64,000 nucleotides of DNA from Savitreella phatthalungensis (GCA_051599415.1 AP039695.1:434001-498000); one strand, 5' to 3'; shown: positions 10,172 through 21,696, counted from the first letter of the stretch. A program made the numbers and translations. The notes: generated from the letters alone by a model not told the origin.

Positions 10172-12763
10172 TCAGCCGTCAGTCATCGGTGTATCCACAT
10201 TCTCAGCCGCAACCACAGTCCTCGGTGTATGGGTGACTTGTGGTTGAGGCTGCAGGTCGTCAGCTGTGTTGGTGTCGTTGTTGTGCAGTAACCCGTCTGG
10301 GTCTGGTTTTGATTCTTGGTTCCCGTCAGCGACGTCGTCAACCTCCTGTGTGAGGTCCTTGATGTACGATGTCACCTTGTCAAACATGTCGACCATGAGA
10401 CTGTCGACGTCATCTGCGGCTGTGTCGGCCGGAGGCCTGATGGTTCTGCCGAATTTGCGCTTCGGCTTTTTGGTGGTGGCGTAGGTGTCGTGGTGGTGCG
10501 AGAGGATGCAGAGCGAGGCGTTGTGGTACCAGTCGACGAGACCTTCTTCGACAGTCGAGACGGCGCGCAGGGGTGCCTTGCCGTAGAACTGGATCACGCC
10601 AGCACATCGATCGGTCAATTGCAGCTCAGGAGGCCGGACTGATCCCTCACGCTGCTGACGGTGCGCCTGCGCAATCACCGAGAGCGCTTGGCACACGCCA
10701 GCGCATGCGTCACCACCACCGCTCATCAGCACCACCTGCGAAGCGTCAGCCAGATCGACATAGTTGTCCCACAGGTACCGGACCAGCCGAGCAGTCTCTT
10801 CGACGACGCTGTATTCGGGCGTCTTGGACGTCGACGGTCCGGCGTTAGATGCAGTCCAATCGCCTTCTGTCGTCTCGGAGTCGACTGGTAACAACTTGCC
10901 ACCGCTGTTCGCCACATCGCCACCCTCAGGCAGTCCAAAGACCGCGCGACGGACTTTCAGAGCTTCAGACAGGTACGCTGGCACGTTGACGTCGATGACG
11001 CCGTAGCCGTGGTCGACACACCAGCCAACGTATGCCGAGGCGGCATCAGGCACGAGCGTCTCGTGCAATGATAGGCCGTCAGATTGGCTTGGCGAGAGGT
11101 TTGCATGAGTAGCAGGAGCCTCGTGAATGAAGAGGACGAGCACGTCAGCAGAGTGAAAGTCTGGTGTCGATAGCGCCTGATCCTTGAACGAGGCCGATGT
11201 CCGATCATCCAACAGCGGTAATGGCACGAGGCCGTAGTCTTCTCGCAGACGGCTTGCCTGGTGCGCGCGGACGATATCGTGCATTCTCCAGGCGGCCGTG
11301 TTGTGTGTGAGGTTGTTTGCATCGATAGCGCGATGCCGGAACGCCTTTGGCCCCATACTTCGCCAGTATTGACTCTGCTCCAGGCAGACCTGGTAGACGA
11401 GCTCTGCCGCACGCGGCGATGGATTCCGCTCCTCCAATCTGGCAGGCGGAAAGCCGAGGAGCGTTCTTGCCACTGCCAGAGCGGAATTTGAAATTGCGTC
11501 CAGGTTGTAACCTCCTTCGAGCACAGCGACCACTTTGCCCTGTGCTAATTCGCACAGCATATATGTCATGATTGAATAGCCGACGGGAGTGACGAAGCAT
11601 TCGCCGATGGGATCTCCGAGTGCGGCGTCAAATCCTGCAGAGATGATGACTAGATCTGGGTTGAATTCTCTCGCAATCGGCATAACCACACGGTGGAAGG
11701 CGTGGACATAGTCTGCGTCTCCCATGTGCTTGGTGGCCCATGGGATGTTGATGTTTTTGCCGACTCCATCGCCTCGGCCGCAGCGGTCAAGATTGCCGTA
11801 AGTGCCGCCAGGGTAGAAGGTCGCGTTCTCGTATCGATGGATGGAGATGAAGAGCACGTTTGGATCGTCGTAGAATGCAGTCTGTGTGCCGTTGCCGTGG
11901 TGGACGTCCCAGTCGAGGATGAGCACCTTCTTGATTGAAGGATCGTTCTTCATCGTTGTCTTGACTGCGACGGCAACGTTATTGAAGAGGCAGAAGCCAG
12001 AAGCGACATCCGGCTCGCAGTGGTGACCTGGCGGTCTAACGATGGCGAAGGCGTTCTTCACCCGACCTTCGCAGACTGCCTTGATCGTCTCGATTGTGCC
12101 TCCGGCAGCTAGTCTGGCACAGTACGCAGATTCGTTGTTGAAGTAGACCGAGTCTGAGAAAGTTGAGAAGCGCATGAGCTGGTCGTAGGTCATATGGGCA
12201 GTCGCCAGCATGCTCTCCCAATGTGCGAGGTCGTGCGCGAGGAGGACCTCTTCCTTGAGGACCTCGCGCACAGGTATCCGCTTCATCACTCGTGGTGAAT
12301 CCTCATCCGTTGTGGAGGCTGGACCGACGAGTCCAGCTTCTTCAAGCTTTTTGTAGATGCGGTAGATTCGCCGGGGATCCTCGGGATGCGAGTCTAGTGG
12401 GTCGATGATGGAGTGAAAGCGCATGCGAGCGTCATAGCATACACCCGATGGCAGATCTCTGTGATCGACGATGCGTTTGATGGCGACGACGGTGCCATTC
12501 GGCCGTTCTGCTGTGTCCTGCTCAGATGCGACGTCAGCTGTGCTGCCGTTTGCCGTGGATGCAGCATTCATAGCAGGGCTGCCCGTGGATTGTGCGTCTT
12601 TCTCCTGGAGACTTGACTCCTGGACGAACGTGGTTGCTTCTGCCTGGGTTGGTTCGGCCATGATGTCGGTCTGAATGCCGTTCGTGCCATCTGAGATCGG
12701 AGTGTCCTCCTGCAGCACGACCGGGTTAGGTGCGGCGGTGGTGAGGAGGGGCTCTGTGGACAT
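10172..12763 (-). CDS. HDA1: Class II histone deacetylase Hda1/Clr3 (HDAC + Arb2 domain)
   Basis: HPEDPRRI, RPPGHH, GFCLFNNVA, DWDVHHGNGTQ, SAGFDA and LEGGYNL motifs; C-terminal Arb2-like region (GYGVIDVNVP, YLWDNYV). Confidence 0.96.
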   Translation of the reverse strand: MSTEPLLTTAAPNPVVLQEDTPISDGTNGIQTDIMAEPTQAEATTFVQESSLQEKDAQSTGSPAMNAASTANGSTADVASEQDTAERPNGTVVAIKRIVDHRDLPSGVCYDARMRFHSIIDPLDSHPEDPRRIYRIYKKLEEAGLVGPASTTDEDSPRVMKRIPVREVLKEEVLLAHDLAHWESMLATAHMTYDQLMRFSTFSDSVYFNNESAYCARLAAGGTIETIKAVCEGRVKNAFAIVRPPGHHCEPDVASGFCLFNNVAVAVKTTMKNDPSIKKVLILDWDVHHGNGTQTAFYDDPNVLFISIHRYENATFYPGGTYGNLDRCGRGDGVGKNINIPWATKHMGDADYVHAFHRVVMPIAREFNPDLVIISAGFDAALGDPIGECFVTPVGYSIMTYMLCELAQGKVVAVLEGGYNLDAISNSALAVARTLLGFPPARLEERNPSPRAAELVYQVCLEQSQYWRSMGPKAFRHRAIDANNLTHNTAAWRMHDIVRAHQASRLREDYGLVPLPLLDDRTSASFKDQALSTPDFHSADVLVLFIHEAPATHANLSPSQSDGLSLHETLVPDAASAYVGWCVDHGYGVIDVNVPAYLSEALKVRRAVFGLPEGGDVANSGGKLLPVDSETTEGDWTASNAGPSTSKTPEYSVVEETARLVRYLWDNYVDLADASQVVLMSGGGDACAGVCQALSVIAQAHRQQREGSVRPPELQLTDRCAGVIQFYGKAPLRAVSTVEEGLVDWYHNASLCILSHHHDTYATTKKPKRKFGRTIRPPADTAADDVDSLMVDMFDKVTSYIKDLTQEVDDVADGNQESKPDPDGLLHNNDTNTADDLQPQPQVTHTPRTVVAAENVDTPMTDG

Positions 12764-14309
12764 GGCCGTATTCGGGCTTTGTGTATATATACTGCGAATG
12801 ATTATAGGAGTGAGAGGCTTGCCAGAGGCCTTGTATCAGGTGTGCCCTCTGATAGGGCGTGGATGCAGTGGTATGTGGGGAAAGTCAAGGTATTAGGACT
12901 GTCGGACAAGTCCCGGTGGTTGGAGCAATGGGCCCTCAGGAGACCTTGCCAATTGATTTGCCTCGATCAGCGATACTCTGAGCCGCTTGCCGTTCTCCCG
13001 ACGGACGCCTGTGACGCCTTTGACGGAGGATCTGCCCGGCACGCGTGGTAGTGTGTTACCTGGAGGTTTGGCTGTATGTATATGGAGCCTCTCAACTGTG
13101 TATGTATCTGTGTGTGTATTGAGAGGTTCAAAATCCCGGATTGCAGAGCCAGGTCGATATTGACCGTAACGGATATGCAAGAAAGAGACGCGGTGAATGT
13201 GGGAGATGCACGATTGGAGATGCCCACAAGAGCGGGAACTCCAGAAAAGAATATAAGGGAGAAAGCCCGAGCACCCGTGCGCGAGGGGCAGATACGATTC
13301 TGTGATTTTGCACGTGTTCTGTGTTCAATTCTGGCTCTTAAGCCTGATTCAGAGTCTCTTGCCACAATTTCAAATTTTCAGTTTGGCACGTAAGCCACTT
13401 GATAAAGGTGATAGCCGCAAATTCAGCGGATGCAGGGTGTATCGAACAGTTGAGTGAGATGAAGGAGGCGACAAAATGTCCAGGGGGAGGTGACGAGTGC
13501 TGATGAGCCTGTGCAGAGTTCAAGCTTGAGTTTCGGTCTGAGTTCGTGGCTGCGACAGTGAGGAAGTTTTCCCTGTCTGCGCCAGTTTGAATGTTCGATT
13601 GTCTCTTTGAGTCCAGGTCTTGGACGCGTTCAAGCGGATTATCAAGTCAAAAGATATATGGACAAGCGTTAGGTCCAACTGCAGCGCCCTCTGAGAACTC
13701 AACTTTTAGACTTGATGACTGTTGAAATACGGCCACGAAGAGATGGCTGTGAGTGAGTCGGGGCGCGGGCTGTGTGTGTTGTCTCTTGATGCAACTCAAT
13801 GGAACGGGGTGTGAATGGAGTAAACGTAGTTGAGTTTGTGCATCTTTGAATAGAGTTGATAGAGGTGGGTGAGAGGACACCCGGCTGTTTAATGCCGGTC
13901 AGCCCCGAGAACCTAATTAATTTTATTCATCAATTAATAAATCCATAATTACTCCTCCATTTTCAAATAGAAAAAACCGAAAGGAGGATTTAGACGCTGA
14001 TAACACTGGGACAAAGTTTTGACTTGCATCGGCGTTGGTCACGCACCCCTACGACAATACTCTCTCTATTCTCTCTCACTTACTCACTCACTCACTCTCA
14101 ACCATCACCATCACCATCACCACCAACAACCAGCATCATCCTTCACCCCCGGTCCAACCACCAATCTCTCCTGCCAACCTTGGGGAGACGTTCCACAGCT
14201 GGCCCGTCCCATCAGTCACGTACCACGCCGTTGCTCTCCTCACACAACCCTGTGAGAGTCAAAAGATCTAAAAGCGAAACAGCCTGACTGCGCTAACCAC
14301 ATACACACA

Positions 14310-14792
14310 ATGATGACGCCTCTTAGGATGATTCCGCGCCAGGCGGTCTCTGCTGCCGGCTTCCGCCGGATGGCACACACGATCTCGACTCCATCGCTTG
14401 TGAACCTGCAACAACGGTGGGACTCGATGTCTCCAGACGAGCAGGCTGACCTGTCGACTGAACTTGCGAAGCGGCAGGAAGGTCCTTGGACCGAGTTGAC
14501 TGCTGAGGAGAAGCGTGCTGCTTACTTTGTGGCCTTTGGTCCTCACGGTCCTCGCGCTTCCTCTCACCCACCTGGCTTTGGCACGAAAGTCGCAGTCGGC
14601 ACCCTGCTCGGCCTGGGCCTTTCGACCGGCATCTTCTTCGCCATCAGGTCCATGGGCAACCCACCACCACGCACAATGACCAGAGAGTACCAGGAAGCGA
14701 CCAACGAGAGAATGATCGAGGAGAAGATCGAGCCCATCACCGGTGTCTCCTCCGAGGGATACAAGGGCAAGGGCGCTGTTCAGAGCCCTTAA
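14310..14792 (+). CDS. COX5: Cytochrome c oxidase subunit 5 (COX IV family), mitochondrial
   Basis: Arg-rich presequence; WTELTAEEKRAAYFVAFGPHGPR, one TM helix, PRTMTREYQEATNE, EPITGVSSEGYKGKG. Confidence 0.96.
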   Translation: MMTPLRMIPRQAVSAAGFRRMAHTISTPSLVNLQQRWDSMSPDEQADLSTELAKRQEGPWTELTAEEKRAAYFVAFGPHGPRASSHPPGFGTKVAVGTLLGLGLSTGIFFAIRSMGNPPPRTMTREYQEATNERMIEEKIEPITGVSSEGYKGKGAVQSP

Positions 14793-15100
14793 ATTTCGGC
14801 TTGACCTTCCCGTTCTCCTCAAACACACACTCATACACACACATGCAATCACAATCACCTCTGTAAAGGTCCGATCGGATAGTCAGGCGACATGCTGGCA
14901 CAGCTGGGGAAAAAAAGCCAAAGATGCCGTCTCACTTCGAGCGCCTTTCTACCGAAAGCGAGAGTAATACAAATCACGCAATCTGCACAACCACGCTCAT
15001 ACACATGATCCATGGCTTTGTAAAGCAAACTGACCCAGTGTCTTCAAATCCACTGTATATGTGTACGTGTACATGTGGTAAAGGAAGCTCGAAGGATCTC

Positions 15101-16387
15101 TTATGCTGCATCGTGAAACTCGTCTCCGTCTGAATCCTCGTCGTTAATGTTGTCGTCTTTGCTGGTGTCGGTTTTGGTAGGTTGAAGCTGTGGTGGCTGC
15201 TTGAGGTCGGCGGCGTGCCACCAGCCTTCGCAAGGTCGATTGACTCTTGCTGCGAGAGCAATTACGACTTCCGGGACGCGATCGCCCTCTGTCCATATAA
15301 AGAACTTGCGTTTCCAAACACTCCCTTCAGCCTTCTCCTGCTTCCGCAGATCACGCTGCGACTGCTCGATTCCAGACTTCAGCTTTGAAGCGACATCAAA
15401 CTCACCCGCCTTCAGCGCAGCACTCACACCGCCCCACAACCGGCGCGAGTCGTACGCCTGGTCACGCGCCTGCGTCGGAGTGAATGTTGCCGGCTGCATG
15501 CTCCGGAAGTTGAGGAAATCCTGTGAGGGTTGTGTGTTTGGTGTGCTAGCAGGCCTGATGCGGAGTTCGTCTGTCCAGACGCCGTCGATGATCCACTTTG
15601 CCGATTTGTCTGCGGCAGATGAAGGCGTATCTGGGGCGAATGACTGCGGTGAATACACTCGCGTCTTGACTGAATTCTTCTTCCCAGACACCCAGCCTTT
15701 CCCAGTGTACTCGTTCTCGGCCACCCAGCCGCTCGTAGACGAGATGTACGATCTGTCTGCGAGCTCGGCGTACGGTGCACCGTAGAAAAGCCCCTCGAGC
15801 GTCAGCTGCGGGAAAGTGATAAGATACCGCTCGAGCGAGCCGTCTGAGAGTGGCACGGACAACACAGAGAACCCAACCTGCTTGACCTGGATCGTCCTGC
15901 CTGAGAAGCCGCTCTTCTGACCGTTGTGTCCCTCGAGCGTGATGCCGTTGTGCGTGCGGATGAGGTAGGCTGAGATGGGTGGGTGGTGTGAGACCTGCTC
16001 TGCCGTCAGCGTCGCCACGCGTTCCTCTCTGTCTCCACCACTGCCCGTCCAGTACCCGTGGAACTCCTCGCCCAGCACAGGATTCAGTGGCTTCTTCTCA
16101 GCACCCACAGACGCATGCCGAGCGCTGAACTGACCCTTCAGCGTAGACAGATACCACTTGCACACAGCCACCATCCGCTGCTCAGGCGACACCTCGTCCT
16201 TCACGCCCGCCAGCAACTCCGGGTAGTCCGCCCAGTAGGCAGAGTACTCCAACAGCGATGTACCACTCAGGATGAACGATGGCGCAGTCAGCGTCGACAG
16301 GTCGCCAGTGAAGGTCGCGATCGATTTCAAGAATGACATCCATGTAGACTTGTTGTGTCCGGCACTCTCGCCTGCATTGTCAGTCAT
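15101..16387 (-). CDS. KES1: Oxysterol-binding protein, Kes1/Osh4 type
   Basis: WMSFLKSIATFTGDLSTLTAPSFILS, EKKPLNPVLGEEF and the EQVSHHPP signature; start placed at ATG 16387 (MTDNAG). Confidence 0.93.
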   Translation of the reverse strand: MTDNAGESAGHNKSTWMSFLKSIATFTGDLSTLTAPSFILSGTSLLEYSAYWADYPELLAGVKDEVSPEQRMVAVCKWYLSTLKGQFSARHASVGAEKKPLNPVLGEEFHGYWTGSGGDREERVATLTAEQVSHHPPISAYLIRTHNGITLEGHNGQKSGFSGRTIQVKQVGFSVLSVPLSDGSLERYLITFPQLTLEGLFYGAPYAELADRSYISSTSGWVAENEYTGKGWVSGKKNSVKTRVYSPQSFAPDTPSSAADKSAKWIIDGVWTDELRIRPASTPNTQPSQDFLNFRSMQPATFTPTQARDQAYDSRRLWGGVSAALKAGEFDVASKLKSGIEQSQRDLRKQEKAEGSVWKRKFFIWTEGDRVPEVVIALAARVNRPCEGWWHAADLKQPPQLQPTKTDTSKDDNINDEDSDGDEFHDAA

Positions 16388-16779
16388 CCTGCAGCTACGG
16401 TGTCCTCGAGAAACACAGCGAGCGCGGCGATATGTAGAGTCCTGCAAAGCGACGACTAGAGGTCTGAGTCTGAATCTGTGACCCTGATCTTTCAGGCTGT
16501 GTGAAGTCCAGGGCTGTGGTCGAGAAAGGTGCACTGGGAGCAAGCGAGTGCCTATGTCGATCAATCCTTGTTCATTGGTCGAGCTATTAAAGGACGGTAT
16601 CCTGGCTAGCACAACACTCAAATATCCAAAACACAGAAAGACAGACGCATTAAAGAAGCAGCAGCTGTACACACACTGGATTCATGCATACCAACACGTG
16701 ATTATCAGTACATAAAAATACACCTATACGTACAGTATCTTACCTGCGTTTGCCTCTATTCGAGGGTCTTGGTTCAAGC

Positions 16780-18156
16780 CTACTCGAACTCTGTGTCAAG
16801 AAAGATCTCCTGCCAGTCACTGTCGAGTGTTTGTTCGGTAGTTAGCCGACGCGCATACGCCTGATTGTCGTTGAAGTACCCATCTTCTAGCCATGCTTGC
16901 ATCTCGGACGCTTCATAAGGACCATGTATCTCGTCAGCACCTTCCCACCGAAACTCGTAAATGCCACCCTTCTCTCCCGCGTTCTCCTGAGCTCCCACAT
17001 CCTCCTCTTCGTGCTTCATCTCATACGCCTTCCCGGACAGACTCCTGTAAGCGCGCATCAGGAGCTCCTTTTCCGAGTCGTAGATATCGAGATCCATTCG
17101 TGTGAGTAATTGGCTGGCAGCTTGAGAGACTTGCTGAACCTGCTTCTTGATGTGCTCATCCCTGTCATTGCCTTGCACAGCCACACTGGCGGTCGTGGAT
17201 GACTTGTTCCGCTTCGAACGAATCGTCCGTTTCGTAGAGGCGCCGACACGCTGGAGGGCTTCGAGAAGGGTCTCGCTCGGTTGGAGGAAATCGAGAACAG
17301 TTGCCAAGAGTTCGGGAGTCCCCTTTTGCGCTTGTGCATGCTCGTGTGCAGCGTCCGCTTGGGCCCTGCGCTCGTGTGCTGCGCGGGCTGCGTCGATGTC
17401 GGTCCGCGAGACGTCCCTGAGCCATATATCCTGCGTGTCGTGCTCGTCCTTGGCCTTCCGGACGTAATTCCCCTCCTCGTCGAACCCACCTTCCTCCATC
17501 TCAGCCTCCATGTTGAATCCGTCGAGCCGCGGAGCATGATGCTTCCTCCCCATCGCACCGACCTCCTCGTCCGGCTCAGAATCATCATCCTCCCACCCGT
17601 CACCACCACGACCCCAAATCCGAGCGCGCTCCTCCACCGCGTCAAGTCTCCCGCGGTCCGCAGCTCGGTCGAGATCCGGCAATCTCGCTTCAGAGTCCTC
17701 GTCCACAACATCCATGTAGTCCTTCCGTGAGCCGAGCTCTTGCCCATCGATCTCGCTCGGCTCTAGAAAGCGCGAATCACCATCAGATCCATCCTCGTCT
17801 CCATCGTCATCACCGAAGATCGCACCTTTAGTCGCCAACGGACGTCCCGATGCCGTTCCGTCGTTGTCATCAGCTTCAGACGACGAGTCGGTGTGGTAGC
17901 CATCGAGATCAACACGCTTTCGACGCTTGGCGCCGGTAGCTACATCTGCCTGAGCAAGCGCTGTGATGGCGTCGTCGTCGTCGTCGCTGCTGTCAGTGGC
18001 GGAGGACCGTGAGGTCGTTTGCTGGCCACGCGAGATCGAGCTCGGCGTTCGGCTGTCGGGAGCTAAGGTACCTGGATGGAGAGCGTCAAATCTGACTTTC
18101 TTTGAGCTGGCCAGTGAGATGGCTGAGCCAGAACGCTTGGCTGGGACGCCCGTCAT
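16780..18156 (-). CDS. LIN1: U5 snRNP-associated GYF-domain protein Lin1/Snu40 (CD2BP2 homologue)
   Basis: KKVRF, FNMEAEMEEGGFDEEGNYVR, L-QPSETLLEALQR and C-terminal GYF domain (HGPY...MQAWLEDGYF). Likely start ATG 18156; the frame stays open to 18345. Confidence 0.9.
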   Translation of the reverse strand: MTGVPAKRSGSAISLASSKKVRFDALHPGTLAPDSRTPSSISRGQQTTSRSSATDSSDDDDDAITALAQADVATGAKRRKRVDLDGYHTDSSSEADDNDGTASGRPLATKGAIFGDDDGDEDGSDGDSRFLEPSEIDGQELGSRKDYMDVVDEDSEARLPDLDRAADRGRLDAVEERARIWGRGGDGWEDDDSEPDEEVGAMGRKHHAPRLDGFNMEAEMEEGGFDEEGNYVRKAKDEHDTQDIWLRDVSRTDIDAARAAHERRAQADAAHEHAQAQKGTPELLATVLDFLQPSETLLEALQRVGASTKRTIRSKRNKSSTTASVAVQGNDRDEHIKKQVQQVSQAASQLLTRMDLDIYDSEKELLMRAYRSLSGKAYEMKHEEEDVGAQENAGEKGGIYEFRWEGADEIHGPYEASEMQAWLEDGYFNDNQAYARRLTTEQTLDSDWQEIFLDTEFE

Positions 18157-18291
18157 GTCGACGTTGTCGCCTGATGACTGGGTGAAGATGTGCTTGCTGG
18201 TCCTGTTTCTAAATATAAAATTTTGGGGGATTTTCTTCAATGACGACAATTCGGGCGGGTAGCAACGATTTACACGGAAAGTCAAAAAAGT

Positions 18292-18345
18292 CTTCATGGT
18301 CATGGTCATGCTCATGCTCATGCTCATGCTCATGCTCATACTCAT
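18292..18345 (-). repeat. Hexanucleotide microsatellite (ATGAGC/ATGACC-type) x9
   Basis: CAT recurs every 6 nt from 18295 to 18343 on the + strand. Confidence 0.9.
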
Positions 18346-18354
18346 TAGTGTATT

Positions 18355-20052
18355 TTAGCCGTCCATCATGACGGCGTCATCTCCATTATCGTCGTCATCA
18401 GGACCATGGTGTAGTGCTACTGCTGGCGCTGCTCGCTTGGCTTGCTTGAGACGCTCTTTCATAGATAGTTTTGGCTTTTCTTTGGCGACACCATTGCTGT
18501 TGCTGGTCGCTGTGTCCTTTGCCGTCTTGCCATTCGTCGGAGGACTGTCAGGAACGTCCTGCATACTGTCCTCTCGCGCGCTTTCACGCACAGATCGAGT
18601 CTTCTTCTGGCGCCGCTCGGCACGAAGTGCTCTGCCGCGAGCACCTGCCTGGCATCCAGGACACTCAAACATCACCTCATGGGCGAAGACGTCACATTCG
18701 ATACAGAAATGCTGCCTGCACTGCGGGCATGCATACCTGCTCGATGTCTTTGTCGGAGGAGTGATGACTGTCGAGGGCTTTGTGCCGTTGCCATTTCTGC
18801 GCTGCCGGGATGATCGGGTCTCAACTGCGTCGTCTTCATTGGCTGCTTGCGGGAATCCAGTTTGACATGCGAAACAGTGGGATGATAGATATGCTTCTGC
18901 GATGTCGACCTCTTCCCAGTTGCGCAGGGGAAAAAGGTGGTGGTACGATCGAGCGAGATGCGTCGACAGGATCAGGGTGAGATTGCACACGGGACATTCT
19001 GCCGGGAGCGAGCATACCTTACTAGCGCAGCGAGGACAGTGGTAGCCACCGTGTGTTAGGCGTGCGTGGCATGCACACAGGGTCGGCTTTTCCTCGTCGG
19101 TGCGTGATGGAAAGCCGACCATGATCAAGCTTGTCTTCTTCTTGGATACCTTTGCAGCTGGTGGTGTCGTAGCCTGCATGAGCAGCTCCTTGTAATGATG
19201 CTCGTCAAGAATCACGCCGTAACCTTCGGCGTTGCCGCCGTTTGTCTGTTTGACAATCTCGCGGCAGATGGCCAGGGAAGCGGACAGTCCGACGATTCGC
19301 ACGCGGATCTTATCGTTGACTAAGCTGCCGATGGTCTGTCGAACGTCGCCAGGATCAGATGAGACGAGACTTCCATACACCATGAGAAGCTCGCGAGTGC
19401 CGTGAGAAGGCACGTTGAAGAGGGTGGCTCTTGCCATCTCGAGCGCGTTCTGAAGTGACGCATCTCCTGTACACTCTGTTTTCCGTCGTGCTCTCAGCGC
19501 GTTGATATGATCTTGTGGGTTGCCGCCGAGCTGGGAGACCATGGTGGCAACACCGTCACGCATGCCGATCACAGCCAGCTGAGAAATTGGATTCTGCTCA
19601 AAGAATTCAGACACAAAGTCGCACGCGTAATTGATGGTGAGCTCATGTCGAGACGGTCTGAGGTCCTTCTCGGCCATGGCAGAGCTGAAATCGAGTGCGA
19701 GGACGAGGTGGCGGATAATGCCGCGCTGTACAGGTGTAGCATCCTTGAGCAGTCGTTTCCGCTTTCCTGCTTCGATGATACCTGCAACGACACCGGCGAT
19801 AGAACCAAATTCATCTTCTTGGACTGTATCCCAGGATCTTTGATATTCGCTCGTCCAAGAGTAATCGCCCGTTGCACCTCCCGATCGACGTGAGATCTGA
19901 CGACGTTTGTGAGTGTCCTTGGCCTTGCGCTGCTGCTCTGCTACGGCTTGACGATTGCGTCTGCCTGGTCTGACGACGATGTCATCATCCTCGTCGAAAG
20001 CCTCTTCTCGCCTGTCAGTGTTACCCTCTTCCTCGCTGTCACTGTATGCCAT
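18355..20052 (-). CDS. SSL1: TFIIH subunit Ssl1/p44
   Basis: QRGIIRHL...DLRPSR and FFEQNPISQL vWA domain; C4 zinc finger (CPRC...CPVC, LILSTHLARSYHHLFPL); C-terminal RING-like C1 domain. Confidence 0.97.
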   Translation of the reverse strand: MAYSDSEEEGNTDRREEAFDEDDDIVVRPGRRNRQAVAEQQRKAKDTHKRRQISRRSGGATGDYSWTSEYQRSWDTVQEDEFGSIAGVVAGIIEAGKRKRLLKDATPVQRGIIRHLVLALDFSSAMAEKDLRPSRHELTINYACDFVSEFFEQNPISQLAVIGMRDGVATMVSQLGGNPQDHINALRARRKTECTGDASLQNALEMARATLFNVPSHGTRELLMVYGSLVSSDPGDVRQTIGSLVNDKIRVRIVGLSASLAICREIVKQTNGGNAEGYGVILDEHHYKELLMQATTPPAAKVSKKKTSLIMVGFPSRTDEEKPTLCACHARLTHGGYHCPRCASKVCSLPAECPVCNLTLILSTHLARSYHHLFPLRNWEEVDIAEAYLSSHCFACQTGFPQAANEDDAVETRSSRQRRNGNGTKPSTVITPPTKTSSRYACPQCRQHFCIECDVFAHEVMFECPGCQAGARGRALRAERRQKKTRSVRESAREDSMQDVPDSPPTNGKTAKDTATSNSNGVAKEKPKLSMKERLKQAKRAAPAVALHHGPDDDDNGDDAVMMDG

Positions 20053-21397
20053 CTGTTCGAACAGACGACAGGTGGGGGTGGAAGACCAGGGATGAGGAGA
20101 CTGTCAGGCGGGGAGAAGAGCTGAGAGACAGAAATTGGGGAAGAGTCAAGGACAGGTAAAGAGAAAGACGGAGTAGTCAGAGGATTGAAGTCATACGACA
20201 CCCACGAGAGGTCCACAGCAGAGTGAGAGGTCGAGATGATTTATGAGAGGACGTCACAGAAAGTAACTGCATTCGATGCACAGCCTAATCCATCACAATC
20301 GATATGTGTATCAATGTGTGGATGATAGCTAAGCTATAGGCATGATAGCTAACTAGAGTGAAGTTAAGGATCAAATTTAGCCTTTTATCGCGAGTCAGGA
20401 TTTAGAGTACACGTGATCTTCTCGATCCAAGACGAAATTGAAGGTACTGTAGCTCGAATGCACAACTTAGCATCATGGATGACATTGAACGGTAGAGATA
20501 TGAGGATCAGATGAGATTGGAAATCAAAGTATGCAGACATGACTGCAACTCGACTGATTGTCCCCTTGAACTCCACCGAATGCAGTGAGTAATTTGACGG
20601 TTGGGTGAGTGGGGCTGATTCGCTGTATGGATGAATGATTGCTACACGTGGGGATTGTGATTGGACGAAATGCTTTCATCCAATATTCCTCCGGTATTGC
20701 TTCTTCCTATCAGGAGAAGAAGGAATCAAATGGGCAGCGCCATCGTTAACAGGTACTTGTCATAGACTCCAGTGGACTCTACAGGTGAAAGATACTCCAA
20801 GGAGTATCAAATTGACCAAATTGACCTACACTAGATCATCCGTACAATCTATACAGCACTTGAGCAGCTCTCTAGCTTCTACTTCCACCAATCTAGCACA
20901 GGTCAGAACCTGAGTTCCACCGACAAGCAGAATTTACAATTGCATCCAAGTCTGAAGGGGTCCCAGTGAGTGGCCATCACTGCTCAGTCTAATTCACTCA
21001 CTGTCATCCAATGAACCAGGGTGTGTTGTGTGTTGCTCACAGGGATAATTTATAGCCTATCGATCAATCCATCACCCGGGTCGATCCCTCAAACTATCAA
21101 CCTTCTTCCAAAAATCATACATCAACTGGCTTCCGCGCTTCCCTCAGAACTAGCTCAAGATAGTTTACTCGAACAGCCAGCTGCACCAACACTCAGCTCA
21201 CTCTCATCCTAATTTATCCTTCCCTGTATATGGTTGTAGTGTACCATCCTCCGCTGTACCCGATCCACTGTCCACAGCTTCACAGTCTACGCTAGCATAG
21301 TCTACACTCCTGGTGGTGATTGACAGCACTTGCTCCGGGTTTATACTTACCAGCTCTCTACACTACGCGGGAGCATCATTCACTCACTCACTTACTC

Positions 21398-21426
21398 ATT
21401 CATTCATTCATTCATTCATTCATTCA
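21398..21426 (+). repeat. (ATTC)n tetranucleotide microsatellite upstream of VTC2/3
   Basis: About 7 consecutive ATTC units. Confidence 0.85.
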
Positions 21427-21696
21427 ACGTTGCAACATCAGTGACAGACATCGACTCCATATACTTCATACCTTGCTTACAGTGCTCCTCCGTCCAGGTC
21501 GTCTCTCCTGACTTGTGACAGGCACCATAGATCACCTGATAGCGAGTTCAAGTAAGCGAGACAGTCAGCTGATCAGCAACTTGTCTTGCATCATCATCAG
21601 CAGCGACCGTGCTGTCCAGCGCTCATCGCTCCTGCTCATTCTTCCGACCTGCTGGGGTGACAGCTTTCTCCGAGCACAGGCCCGCTCGTAATCAAG

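Noticed and set aside
12764..14309. Short ORFs or ncRNA in the HDA1-COX5 intergenic region
   Set aside because: No coding bias or RNA-family motifs; best explained as a divergent promoter plus UTRs.
16388..16672. 96-aa N-terminal extension of the OSH ORF
   Set aside because: Non-ATG start and no homology; the conserved Kes1 N-terminus begins just after ATG 16387.
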